The notes beneath the pieces were generated by a model. It was not told where the DNA came from and made no database searches. It was given only the letters and a program-made list of their open reading frames with translations. The translations under genes were made by a program, and so were the position numbers. Of a stretch of DNA of 64,000 nt, positions 24,261-36,777 are shown piece by piece (positions within the stretch are counted from its first letter, which is position 1; each line of letters starts with the position of its first letter). Source of the DNA: Podarcis erhardii (Eukaryota); assembly GCA_964252035.1 (NCBI GenBank), contig OZ176207.1; one strand, 5' to 3'.

Positions 24261-24849
24261 GCAGTGACTGAAGACTTATTTTCCTGCTTCCCTTTTTGAA
24301 TTTTACTGGCTTTTAAAAAATGTAATAATTACGTATATTTTAAATCTGTTTTATGCTCCAGTTGTAGTTAGTCACCTTGGGGTCTGCATGGATGGAAAGC
24401 CAGAGTAAAAGTATATAAATACATAAAGGAATAAATAGCCTTTCGCCTTAATGGACGGTATGTTATGCTGAACGAGAACAGGTATGTGCTAATTTGCACA
24501 AAGACTACATTAGATCATTTCAACAGATGCATCCACAGTGACAGCAAAGCTGGGCCCCAACACTGAACAGTACATCTGCAAGTCATTTCACTCCATCAGC
24601 CAAAAGATGCATTTATGTACCGTAGCTATTACACTTTGAGACGAATTTAAATTACGAAAGTTAAAAGAGCTTCAAAGCAAATTGTAATCTAATCTAAGTA
24701 CAGTGATCTTGATGGCTCCTTTTTTCTGAAGCTGGGGGGAGGGGGGAGAGCACTTTAAAAAAAAGGTATTTCTTTTACAAAACCCAGAATAGTAATTCTT
24801 AAATCAACCATTTTTGATTTGCCCCAATAAATCAAATAAATGAACCAAC

Positions 24850-25070
24850 CTGAGGATTTGAGCATTTTACTTCAAGAGATTCAAGGTCAACATGAAGACA
24901 CACAACGAATGAGTGCCTGGATTCAGATCCTGCAGAAGGTAGAGCTTGTGACGTAACTGCTAGAGTAGAAGTGCAGCCCATTGGTTCTATTATATTTAGG
25001 GTCATTTGCTGCCCAAGAAGAGTATATATGCTGAAATGATTCAGATTAATTGTCCAAGGAAAAGCATCAC
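24850..25070 (-). CDS. VPS13B: VPS13B coding exon (~24), 221 nt, phase 1->0
   Basis: Not in the ORF track. ccactag|GTGATGCT...CCTCAG|gttggt. Translates (G)DAFPWTINLNHFSIYTLLGQQMTLNIIEPMGCTSTLAVTSQALPSAGSESRHSFVVCLHVDLESLEVKCSNPQ. Confidence 0.96.
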
Positions 25071-28000
25071 CTAGTGGATAAAGAAAAAAGCAAAATATTC
25101 AATACATAAAGAAAATATCAAAAGCTTAATACATTAAATAAATTAACCCACCTCATGACTGGACGATTCCTGTAACAAACTAATAAAAAAAAATCGCTCA
25201 AATCAAATAATGATCACCAGCAACCACATTGTGTTGTGTGGAACTTAGAATTAACAAAGCCCTTATCATCTCCTGCTACATATAATACACATATCAAGAA
25301 TATCTATTATTATATTCCATATTTTGCACCTGTCCACGTAATGAACCCCCATATTGTCATATTGTTTTTATCACCCATGACTCTGCCAACATAGGTACTT
25401 TTAATTTCTACTGATTTCAGTAGGATAGATTTAAGACTATGCTCTCCCCTTCAATGGGACTTAGAATAATTTGGTTTTAGATGGATTATAGCCTCCAATT
25501 TAAAACATCTTCCGCAGTGAAGAATTCTGATTACTGGGGTTCAAAAATAGATAAAACATCTAAAAATTGCTTAAAATGCCACATCACTGAGAGCAAAGTT
25601 TTTAAAGAGAACAAATATGTTTACAGGAATATGAGAAGAGGGCATGGCAGTTCTGGGTAATCATTCAATTTGAGATAATTGAACAGATTTTAGGGCTGTA
25701 GCAATTATAATCGTACTCAGAGTAGACCCATTGGAATTAATGGATATAACTAACCTAGTTCCATTAAGCAGAAGTCGGCATACCACTAAGGAGATGATTC
25801 TATCAGCTCAAATGTGTTTGCTATCCACCTACCTCAAGTTTGGGAAATGTATTTCCCTAACATGGAGAGCTACTATGCAACTGGAGAGTCCAAGCATGGC
25901 AACCTTCCAGACCAATAACAGTGGTAGCTGTGGGCTAAGAACACTCTCAGTAGTCCCCAAGTAATATTTTACTCTAATTACTTTGTTCGGCTCTTGGCAA
26001 AACCTTCTTAACATTTTACAGCCTGTTCTAAAGAGCTGAAATCTTGATCAACACTATCATTTACATTGTTACAAACATACCATGAATTAAATATTTCCCT
26101 CCCTACCAACAATGGAAACTGCTGAGAGCAAGAACTCTGTTAAAGGAATGTTTATCCTTCTTCATATGGGTAAGTAAAAAGACAAATATATTTCTAATGC
26201 TTTAATGACCTAGAATCTGTTTTAAAAATGCTGATTGCCTCTGGAGGATCCCCTAAGCCTCCAGAGAATATATTTTTGTGGGGGATGCAGGATGCTGAGG
26301 GGAGCTGTGTCCACGTGTCTTTATTCCCCAAGCGGGATCGGGTCCTCGAATCACAACACTGAGGTTTTTCAATGGGGAACTGTGCTGAATGAAGATTCCA
26401 CTCATTACAAACATGTGCACTGTAAGCTTCATCCAAAATGTAACCTATGGGGAGTTACTGTGCTGAAAGTCCACCTAGCCAAATGGTTTTGCTTTCATCC
26501 AGACTTACGGGTATTTGTACAAATTCAGCTGAGCGAGTTCCGAGAACATTAGGTAGTAATGTTTCAAATGATGAGGTATATGGCCACAGTTGGGTTCAAC
26601 TTTTGTTTTGATCCATGTACACAGATTAGCACTAGCTTTACATAGGTAACATTTACTGTGGTTTGGTGAATAAATACTTCATGATACAAAAGGCAGGGGT
26701 AGAGATAGAATTAAATGGACACAGCTAGTTTTACCTGAGAAGTTAGAAAGAACATGTGAAGCATTTCATTTATTTATTTGCAAAAAACACTGGATTTCAT
26801 GAATATTGAATGTATCTTTTAATATACTTTACCTTCTGATACATCCAAACCATATTTTAAGGAAAGTCATAGAATGGAAACGTTGTATGTGATTTTGTGC
26901 ACTAAGAAACAGTAAAACAGGCATGGCAGTTCAAGCCCTACCTATGTCCCTACCTAAATCTGAGTAAATCTGAATTTGATAGATCTTACTCCCAGGTAAA
27001 TGAGATTAGGACTTCAGCCTAAACTATCATTTTAAACAACACTGCACAAATACAGATGAAACTTCCATCTATGGTTAACATAAGCTGGTTTAAGAAATTC
27101 ATAATAGTGTATGGCCTAAAATATGGAGAGCATGCATTTCCTATTCTAACAAAAATAAATAATCTACACATGTCATTCTTTAAACCTACCACAATTGTCA
27201 GGAACGTTCCATTCAGAGCTTAATAGCAAACATAGCTCTTTCCCAAATGTTGCCATGTTATGACATGAAATTGGCAAACTACACATTTGAAAAACAGCAA
27301 CTATTAATGTTGACTGTTCTCACAACTACTGTCTAGTAGAGAGGCCAAGTGCAAGGCCTGTAAAGGACATGGGGCAAGTCTTACCTCAGTTACAAACTAA
27401 ACAGATGGCTATTGGGAACCACTAAACCATGAGCTATGTACTGGGAAGTCCTGGCTCAAATCTCAGTTAAAAAACATAACACCCCCCCCCCATCACCCTT
27501 GCTGTCTCAGACCCACTACTGCAATATGAAAATATTAGCATTGGCCTAACTCTGAGGATTTCTACGATAATGTATATGAAGCATACTTGAATGGCAATTA
27601 TCAGTGGCAATTTTCATAGCAGCTTAAACATGATCACTGTGTTTTATTCCTCTCACAGATGAAGATGAAAATCATGAAGATACCTAACACTGACTGCCAT
27701 GAACTCACCCACACCTTCCCCCCTCCCATATATATTCAGCTGAAAGAATCCATAATTGACTGATTGATAAATGATTATTCGCTGGATGAACCAACAGATA
27801 GAAACAGGCTTACTTAAACACAAGTTTTCATGAATAATTTCATGTGTTAAAGAACAAGAACAGGCAGCCCCACATTTACCTGCATCTAATATGTGTGCGA
27901 ACGTGTATATATGCATCACACCGAACCTGGAAATGACCTGGAAACATCATAAAGATGTTACTGAACTGTCGCTAAAAGGGCGGGGCAGGGCATGGGTGGA

Positions 28001-28282
28001 GCAGGGCGGGGAAGGACGTTTGCAAGCTCAATGGGTTTCAATTATACTTGATTCCACCAGTATGTACAGTTACTCAGAACAAAACCCCTCCATATATTGG
28101 GGGGGGGGGCTGCCAGTAGTAGAAAGAGAATAAGGAACAAGCTTTACATTTTCTACAAAGAGATTCAATGCATCTTAGAAGGGCATTTCAAGCCAATGAA
28201 AACAGGGCAAGCGCATGTAATGGAACAGCAGGTCCTCAGGCTACGAAAAGTCAACAAAGAGGAGCTCTCAAGTGCAACCACC

Positions 28283-29488
28283 TCAACAACAACAACAACA
28301 ACAAATCTGTTTATTGTGAGGACCATGCCTGTGCACAAAAATCAACACTACAGTAGTTAAAAATTGTTAAAATTCATTACATACTATGCCGACAAAACCT
28401 TCTTCCCACGAAATAGAAAAGGAGGGAAAACGAGCAGCGAGTCAAACAGACGATGAAGGGGTCTTTACATTGTCGTTCATAAATCTTTCCCTGGCTTTCA
28501 TGGCCTTCATCACAAAGACCGCTACCACATGGGTAATGCGTGGGTTTGCATCAACTAACAAAAATTTTACTCTAACTTCAAGATTGGTTATAGAGTTGGG
28601 TATAATTTGCAGCAATGCATCTCTAAAGCCCGAATAAATGGGGCAATAGAGGAAATAATGTGTAAGGTCCTCTTGAATTTTCATAAGGCAAGGACATAGA
28701 CGATGTTCTACTGGGGTTTTTGTGTATCTACCGGTCAGGTAAGCAGTTGGCAATGTTTGAAACCGTGCCATAGTAAAAGCTCTCCGAAGGGTGGGATCAG
28801 TGATCTCCACCAAGTAGTTGGCACAGATTTTGACTGCTTTTACTCGGGGGAGCCAGTAGGAAAACCCAGAGTTTTTTATCTTGGTGGAGTCCAGAAAGGC
28901 ATCTTTTTCAAAGATCCATTCCCGAACTTTATCAGGGCTCCACAATTTGAGAGTATTTAACTCAGGTAGGTTGTATCTGGATAGAATGTCTAGTAGGCTT
29001 TTATGCCAAGTGGTATTATTTTGTAATGATACAAAGGCTTGTTTAGCCAATAAGGTGTTCGGGGCATCTATGAGGTTCGTAAAAAAACGCAGGAATCTTA
29101 AGTGTGCCCTGGCAGACACAGAAGGTAATCCTACTTCCACTCTTAGGAGAGCTGCCGGAGTACTCTGAGGGAGGCCTAGAATTCTTCTGAGATAAAAATT
29201 TTGGAAGATTTCAAGCCGTTCTAACAGCTTCTGATTCCAACCCCAGAGTTCTACTCCGTATAACATCTGTGGAATCACTTTTCCAACAAAAATTTTTAGT
29301 GCCGGGATCACCAATTGCCCTCCCCTCGAATAAAAAAAGCTGAGCAGAGCACCAGTTGTCCTACGTGTTAGAAGGGCTACAGTCTTGAAGTGGGCAAGCC
29401 AGCTAGATGTGGCTTGGAAAGTGATACCAAGATATTTAAAGAGGAGACATTGTTCAATTTTGTGTTCATCTCAATTTTGTGTTCATCT
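28283..29488 (-). mobile_element. 5'-truncated non-LTR retrotransposon, RTEX-like
   Basis: Open frame from the FKYLG thumb through LYGVELWG..LRRILGLP.STP to a C-terminal RLCPC..EDLTHYFLYCP Zn motif. AATAAA then a (GTT)n tail; possible 8-bp TSD caaccacc at 28275 and 29489. Confidence 0.75.
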
Positions 29489-29651
29489 CAACCACCAAAT
29501 TCATGCAGGGTTTCAAGAGAATCATTCAAATTGTATCACTAAAAGGAAGATCAAGTTAAGATAACTATAAAGAGGATACAAAATGATCAAATATTAAACA
29601 AATGAGTCTGATGGGAAGAGTTTGCAAGAGGAAGATAATGTATAAAAGAAT

Positions 29652-29686
29652 AGATAGATGATAGATAGATAGATAGATAGATAGAT
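29652..29686. repeat. (GATA)n microsatellite
   Basis: Tandem gata units. Confidence 0.9.
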
Positions 29687-29960
29687 TGTTGCAATAAACA
29701 AGATAAGCCTGGATGTTACAGGCAACTTAACCACAGCAATAGAAAGAACGATGGCCTTCAAAAATATTAAAGACTGAGAAGCGAGAAGAACAAGTAACAC
29801 AATTTCAGGAGCAAAATCACAAAATAAATTTTTTTTTGTTGTATGTAAGCATTTTGAAGGACATTTTTCAACATAAAGATTTCAGCACATTGAAAATGTA
29901 CACAGGGAAAATGATGACCATAGAATGAACTTTTCTCTTTTAGAATATGTTATACTCTAC

Positions 29961-30195
29961 CTTCTTCGAGAATTGGTCTTTGCACAACAAAGGGAATTTC
30001 TTGCAAGGGCTCCATGTACTTGTGGCCAGCACTCATAACCTTTATCTGAGGTAAGCAAAGAATAAGAGTTCCCGGCATGCTAGCCTGCCCATGATACCAG
30101 CTGCGGACTGTCCCAGGAATATCTCCAGACACAATTGTACTAGGAGATGGCAGGCTGTCATTTGGAATGAACACACAGCAGGATTGAACTTCAAG
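29961..30195 (-). CDS. VPS13B: VPS13B coding exon (~23), 235 nt, phase 0->1
   Basis: ttttcag|CTTGAAGTT...GAAGAAG|gtagag. Translates LEVQSCCVFIPNDSLPSPSTIVSGDIPGTVRSWYHGQASMPGTLILCLPQIKVMSAGHKYMEPLQEIPFVVQRPILEE. Confidence 0.96.
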
Positions 30196-31234
30196 CTGAA
30201 AAACAAAAACAAATCCATAAAGGGAATCTCATAAAGAGACCTTAAGATGTGTTTACTGTATCTAAGCATTGCACAACAGCAAGAATCAAAATCAGCTACA
30301 AATATTTCTACAACTTATGAACCGAATTTCAAGTGAAGGCCCCCAAGCTGCAGGTGGTTTGTATTTTGGAAATCTTTTAGAAAGAAGTCACACCTAAAGA
30401 GGTGTCTTTTTAGCCTATAAACTTGTTCAGAAAACCGTTTGTACAAAAAGCTGAATATATATCTACCTTTCCACACCTCATTCCAAGAGAGGTGATTGAT
30501 TTGGAAAGTGAACTCACAAAAAAGAGAGGAAGAAAATCCTGCTCCATTTGCCATTTATTACCTTTTTGTTAGCACTAGCTAAGGCTTCAGATTTGACTAG
30601 TAGCTCATATATTGCTACTTTTTGTTTTCTTTGTAGTTTGAGACACTCGTGCTTTGTGAAGCCTGCATCGTTCTCAACAAATGTAATGAAAGTACAACTT
30701 TCATTATTTCGCCAAATATTGCTCATTATTGCCAAAACCACATACTACTAGTATGATCTGTCTTCTGCAGTTATGTGTAGATGGAATGTGATAACTGGCA
30801 CAGAAACTTGGGAAATTTAGCCTTTGTGTTTATGTTTGGGGGGGGGGGAATCAAAAGGTTTCTTGCCTTCATTGCACAAGAAATAGGTCTGAAAATGTGC
30901 ATGTTGTCCATGTTTAGAAGGGAAAGTGTGCACACAGTGTGCCAAAAAGGATGTAGTATTCATAGGCTTCAATTATGACCAGATGCTCCTTCCTTGTACT
31001 ATCAGTCATGCAAACCTTACTCATTCGCTGCATCTTACCTTATCTGCCATTACAAATATAGTTCTCCTTTGCCCACCCAAGAAATAAAAACTATCTATTG
31101 CATAACTGAAATCATCACATTTAGAATAAAATATCACAATTTAAGTACCTTTGTACACAAAAAAGGCAAACTATTCATGTAACTGATCGTTATAATTTGC
31201 ATTGGTAAAGGAACTTGAATAATATAGAAACACA

Positions 31235-31369
31235 NNNNNNNNNNNNNNNNNNNNNNNNNNNNNNNNNNNNNNNNNNNNNNNNNNNNNNNNNNNNNNNNNN
31301 NNNNNNNNNNNNNNNNNNNNNNNNNNNNNNNNNNNNNNNNNNNNNNNNNNNNNNNNNNNNNNNNNNNNN
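31235..31369. other. Assembly gap (135 N)
   Basis: N run flanked by ca/gt repeats. Confidence 1.
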
Positions 31370-31574
31370 TTTTGTGTGTGTGTATGCGCAGAAAATTACA
31401 TTACAAAAAACCAGTTGAAATATAAACTTGCAAATCCGTAACATTTTCTAGAAATAATACTAATCAATTTTTATATATACTATTTACACAAAAACTAGTA
31501 AGATATAGTAAGGCTGCATTCCTTACATGTCTGAGAAGCCCTATTGAATTCAATGGATTTACTCCTAGGTAAGT

Positions 31575-31907
31575 GGGCACTGGTGGCGCTGTGGGTTAAA
31601 CCACAGAGCCTAGGACTTGCCGATCAGAAGGTTGGCGGTTCGAATCCCTGAAATGGGGTGAGCAGTTCGAAAGCACGTCCAAGTGCAAGTAGATAAATAG
31701 GTACCGCTCCGGCGGGAAGGTAAATGGTGTTTCCGTGCACTGCTCTGGTTCGCCAGAAGCAGCTTAGTCATGCTGGCCACATGACCCGGAAAAAACTGTC
31801 TGCGGACAAACACTGGCTCCCACAGCCAGTAAAGCAAGATGAGCGCCGCAACCCCCAAGTTGTTCGCGACTGGACTTAACTGTCAGGGGTCTTTTACCTT
31901 TACCTTT
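31575..31907 (+). mobile_element. Sauria SINE (Squam1) with internal deletion
   Basis: ggtggcgctgtgggttaaaccacagagcc head and acctttacctt tail; ~35 nt missing after ggggtgagc relative to the 50019 copy. Confidence 0.9.
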
Positions 31908-32259
31908 TTAAGTGGGCTAAGAATGCAGCCTAAATGAATCTAGATATTACATAGGTATGTACAGGGAAACGATTGTTGGCATACGTCTGCCTCGAGAAAC
32001 AATGGAGTGCGCCTCTGGAGATGACGTTAAACCACTGTGTTAGCAGCACCAAAGTTACAGCTTAAGGATGGCTATCGGGTGATGAGAGATCAGAAGGATC
32101 TTTACTGGCAATCGAATGGGGAAGACGGAGTGAACTTTGCATGTCCTCTGGTACTGCTGTACTTCACCAAGGGAGGAAAGCACTAGAAAGTCGCAAGCTA
32201 TAATCTTTGTTTAGCATTCAGCTGCATTTCATTCTACCTAACCATGCTGCACCATTGCT

Positions 32260-34308
32260 GTGCAACTGGACTTCTCCGCGACCCTTCCCCTCTGCAGGGA
32301 GGTGGGACCAATTTGGATGGTCCGCCCCCGCCACTTAATGGATCCAAATGGTTTCCAGAGAGTGGTAGGGGATGCCTTATCCCATGTTGATGGCCTTTCA
32401 GCTGATTCCCTGGTGGCCCGCTGGAATGCGGAGTTAACCAGGGCTATCGACTGTCTGGCTCCGAAGCGCCCTCTCCGATTGCATGGAGCCCGGACAGCTC
32501 CGTGGTTTTCTTCGGAGCTGAGGGCGATGAAACAATCGCTGAGACGGCTAGAGCGTCAGTGGCAAAAAACTCACTCCGAATCTGACCGGACACAGCTTAG
32601 AGCTCAACGTCGAGCCTACCAAGTGGCGATAGCGACGGCGAAGAAGACTTTCTTCACCGCCTCTATTGCATCTGCAGAAAATAGTAGCAGGAGACTTTTT
32701 CAGGTGGTTCGTAATTTAACGGAACCACCTTTACCACCGGGGCTTTGTAAAGACCCCAAGATCTCCTGCAACGATTTTGCAAAGTTTTTTGCAGATAAAA
32801 TCACTCATATTCAGAAGGAGCTAGACACCACCGTGGGAGCAGGGCTGGGGCGGGAGAGTGCTAGAGCTCTGTCTGGTCAAGTTGCATGGAATCAATTTCA
32901 ATCCATTACCCCCGAGGATGTGGACAGGCTGCTTGGACGCGTGAAACCAACCACCTGTCTCCTGGATCCTTGCCCATCCTGGCTAATAAAAGCAAGCCGG
33001 GAAGGGCTGGGCGATGGGCTCTGCGGGGTGGTGAATGCTTCCCTCTGTGAGGGAGCATTCCCAGATCCGCTGAAAGAGGCGGTCATCAAACCGCTTCTTA
33101 AAAAACCATCTTTAGACCCGGCCAGTATGGCCAACTATCGCCCAGTCTCAAATCTTCCATTCTTGGGCAAGGTGATTGAGCGCGTGGTTGCTGAACAACT
33201 CCAGGCACGCCTGGAGGATGCGGACCATTTGGATCCCTTCCAATCGGGATTCAGGCCTCATCATGGGACTGAAACTGCCTTGGTCGCGCTGGTTGATGAT
33301 CTCCGGCGAGCTAGGGACAAAGGTGAGAGCTGTTTCCTAGTTCTGCTGGATCTCTCAGCGGCCTTTGTTACAATCGACCATAACATCCTTCTGGACCGTC
33401 TAGAGGGGCTGGGAGCTGGGGGCACTGTTATACAGTGGTTTCGCTCCTTCCTCCTGGGCCGTGTTCAGAAAGTGGTGGTGGGGGATGAGTGTTCAGACCC
33501 CTGGGCCCTCACTTGTGGGGTGCCTCAGGGTTCCGTCCTCTCCCCCATGCTTTTTAACATCTATATGAATCCGCTGGGAGAGATCATCAGGGGGTTTGGA
33601 CTGGGTGTCCATCAATATGCAGATGATACCCAGCTCTACCTCTCTTTCAAATCAGAACCAGTGAAGGCGGTGAAGGTCCTGTGTGAGTGCCTGGAGGCGG
33701 TTGGAGGATGGATGGCGGCTAATGGATTGAGGTTGAATCCTGACAAGACAGAAGTACTGTTTTTGGGGGACAGGGGGCGGGCTGGTGTGGAGGACTCCCT
33801 GGTCCTGAATGGGGTAACTGTGCCCCTGAAGGACCAGGTGCGCAGCCTGGGAGTCATTTTGGACTCACAGCTGTCCATGGAGGCGCAGGTCAATTCTGTA
33901 TCCAGGGCAGCTGTCTACCAACTCCACCTGGTACGCAGGCTGAGACCCTACCTGCCCGCGGACTGTCTCGCCAGAGTGGTGCATGCTCTAGTTATCTCCC
34001 GCTTGGACTACTGCAATGCGCTCTACGTGTGGCTACCTTTGAAGGTGACTCGGAAACTACAACTAATCCAGAATGCGGCAGCTAGACTGGTGACTGGGGG
34101 CAGCCGCCGAGACCACATAACACCGGTCTTGAAAGACCTACATTGGCTCCCAGTACGTTTCCGAGCACAATTCAAAGTGCTGGTGTTGACCTTTAAAGCC
34201 CTAAACGGCCTCGGCCCAGTATACCTGAAGGAGCGTCTTCACCCCCATTGTTCTGCCCGGACGCTGAGGTCCAGAGCCGAGGGCCTTCTGGCGGTTCCCT
34301 CATTATGA
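32260..34308 (+). pseudogene. L2 ORF2 reverse transcriptase, no endonuclease domain, premature stop
   Basis: Motifs NYRPVSNLPF, QSGFR, LLDLSAAF(V)T, GVPQGSVLSP, QYADDTQL. After TGA at 34306 an ORF2-like frame continues (EAKLQGTRQRAFLVVAPALWNALP). Confidence 0.9.
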
Positions 34309-34577
34309 GAAGCAAAGCTACAGGGAACCAGGCAGAGGGCCTTCTTGGTAGTGGCACCCGCCTTGTGGAACGCCCTCCCATCAGATGTCAAAGCGATAAA
34401 TAACTATCTGACATTCAGAAGACATCTTAAGGCAGCCCTGTTCAGGGAAGTTTTTAATCTGTGATATTTTAATGTATTTCTGGTTTTTATGGAAGCCGCC
34501 CAGAGTGGCTGGGGAAACCCAGCCAGATGGGCGGGGTACAAATAATAAATTATTATTATATTATTATTATTATTATA
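32260..34577 (+). mobile_element. 5'-truncated young L2 LINE
   Basis: 682-aa RT frame, 3' end gggcggggtacaaataataaat followed by a (tat)n tail. Confidence 0.9.
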
Positions 34578-35171
34578 AGGATCCAGCACTATGCATTGTT
34601 GGAATGTTGTTAGATGGCTGAATCACAGACATCCTCACATTTTTTCTTGTTTGTTGGCTAGTTTTAAGGCTTGATGCTTTTAAGTGCTCAAACCCGTATT
34701 AGGGAAGCTACTTTCAGACCCATATTAAGGAAGCTCCCCTCCTTCTGCCAGGCTCTTACTCCAGAACAACTCCATCGTCCCTTATAAGAATATGCAAAAA
34801 AAACAGCAACAACATTTCTCTGCATTCTTTAAAAGTTGGCCATCTCAACAGAAATTGAAGCCGTGACGGCTTTTTAACCAGTTCCGTCAAAAAATAAGAC
34901 TGGGGCATATGCAAATTAGAATCTCCCCCCCCCAATTAGTGTTCATTTCTTTGTGCATATGTATAAGCCCATGCATTGAAATTACGAAATTGCTGCCCCC
35001 ACAAAAGAAACAATTTATTCACAATAAATTGGTATTCGTATGAAAAAGTATCAGCTGGCATGTGCACTCCTGCAAAACATATGAATATGTAAGATCTTGA
35101 TGCACACCTGGACAGCTCACACCTGGACAAATTTCTATGTTGGGGACACCAACTAACTGCACATGCATGTG

Positions 35172-35314
35172 TATGTAGATACAGGTAGGTAGCTGTGTTG
35201 GTCTGCTGTAGTCAAAACAAAATTAAAAAAAAAATCCTTCCAGTAGCACCTTAGAGACCAACTAAGTTTGCTATTGGTATGAGCTTTCATGTGCATGCAC
35301 ACTTCTTCAGATAC
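35172..35314 (-). mobile_element. Penelope terminal-repeat fragment (divergent variant) with hammerhead motif at 35277-35314
   Basis: gtagctgtgttggtctgctgtagtcaaaac...gtagcaccttagagacc...gtatgagctttcatgtgcatgcacacttcttcagatac. Confidence 0.85.
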
Positions 35315-35754
35315 CACAGATGTGTAACTGTGTGTGCTCTGCACATACACAGAGAGAGAGAAAGTAAAAGAAAAGGAAGAGTACTTCTAAAAATTTATTA
35401 GTTGTTTGATTAAACAAGAATGTATCACGTATCACTTTATTGATAGAAATAGTGCTTAAAAATATATGTAATCCAAATATCTTAAAATTCCTGTACTCTT
35501 AAAGTTACATCAATAGCTTATATTAAAGCTATCAAATAAATCTTTTTACACTTTAAAAATAACTATTAAACTGTGTGTCTAAAATTGTGAATTTAATGTG
35601 AAATGTGACTGATTTATATAACTGAATATAAATCTGCAGCAGTAAATCTTACATTAATGTAAGGATCTGACAATCCAAGGGAAAGAAAATGAAGTAATCT
35701 GCCAGTAAGAAGTCCTCAAGCTGGGGGTCAGATCCTATTCATGGAAACCATCTG

Positions 35755-35934
35755 NNNNNNNNNNNNNNNNNNNNNNNNNNNNNNNNNNNNNNNNNNNNNN
35801 NNNNNNNNNNNNNNNNNNNNNNNNNNNNNNNNNNNNNNNNNNNNNNNNNNNNNNNNNNNNNNNNNNNNNNNNNNNNNNNNNNNNNNNNNNNNNNNNNNNN
35901 NNNNNNNNNNNNNNNNNNNNNNNNNNNNNNNNNN
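35755..35934. other. Assembly gap (180 N)
   Basis: N run followed by (gt)n. Confidence 1.
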
Positions 35935-36427
35935 GTGTGTTAAAGACAAGGAATTATTACAAATTCTTGAAACAAAATCACCTCCTTTTTGATTATGTTA
36001 AGGATTGCGCTTGCTACGCAACACTCCCTAATAACAGAACAACAAAGGGCAGCTAACATGCATTCAAAATATGCATTTATTTTCTGTTCTTGATAAAATG
36101 TCTCAAAATGTGTCAATTTCCACACTAATAAAATCAGTCTATAGTAAGAAACTAAAGTTCTCCTGTTGGATAACTTCAAATTGAACCAAATAAGAATTTT
36201 AAGTTACACAACAGGGAAGTTTTAGTTTTCTATTAGAAAAAAGAACAATATAGTATTAAAATGGTAATATCCATATTGATATGGCACATTTTCAAAATAT
36301 TTCACTTACATTTTCTAAGCAATCTGTACACCAAACCTGCAAAGGAGACTACCATTACAGGCTCCATAATTCATATACAGTCTGAGAAAAAGTGCCCTCA
36401 CTGATAATTTTATTATAATAATAGTAA

Positions 36428-36525
36428 TTTTATTATTTGTACGCTGCCCATCTGACTGGATAGCCCCAGCCACTCTGGGCAGCTCCCAACAGAATATTAA
36501 AAACACAATAAATATTGAAAACACA
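36428..36525 (-). mobile_element. L2 3'-end fragment
   Basis: Reverse complement of the 34490-34560 terminus (gcccatctgactgg..cccagccactctgggc). Confidence 0.8.
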
Positions 36526-36777
36526 GTAATTTTATGAGTCATCTCTCATCTAAGATTTGAACAAGGTCTTTCCAGAAAATTATTGCACCGGTTCATATTT
36601 GTAAGAATTGTACTTCATATGTCCACATGATTTAAATGTTAAATTGTGTACTGTAAAATAGGGATGTTCTCAAACACTTTGAATTGCAATGACTGTATAT
36701 ATTAATCTATGACAAATATAATATTTAAAATTTGTGAAACACTGGAGTTGAGATTGAGGGAGAGTGGTTACATCTAT

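Noticed and set aside
31965-32150. Segment resembling an RTE-type 5' region upstream of the L2
   Set aside because: It is too short and degraded to assign without a database search.
17380-35934. ORFs containing X runs (17275-17613, 31190-31444, 35728-35992)
   Set aside because: They are artefacts of translating through N gaps.
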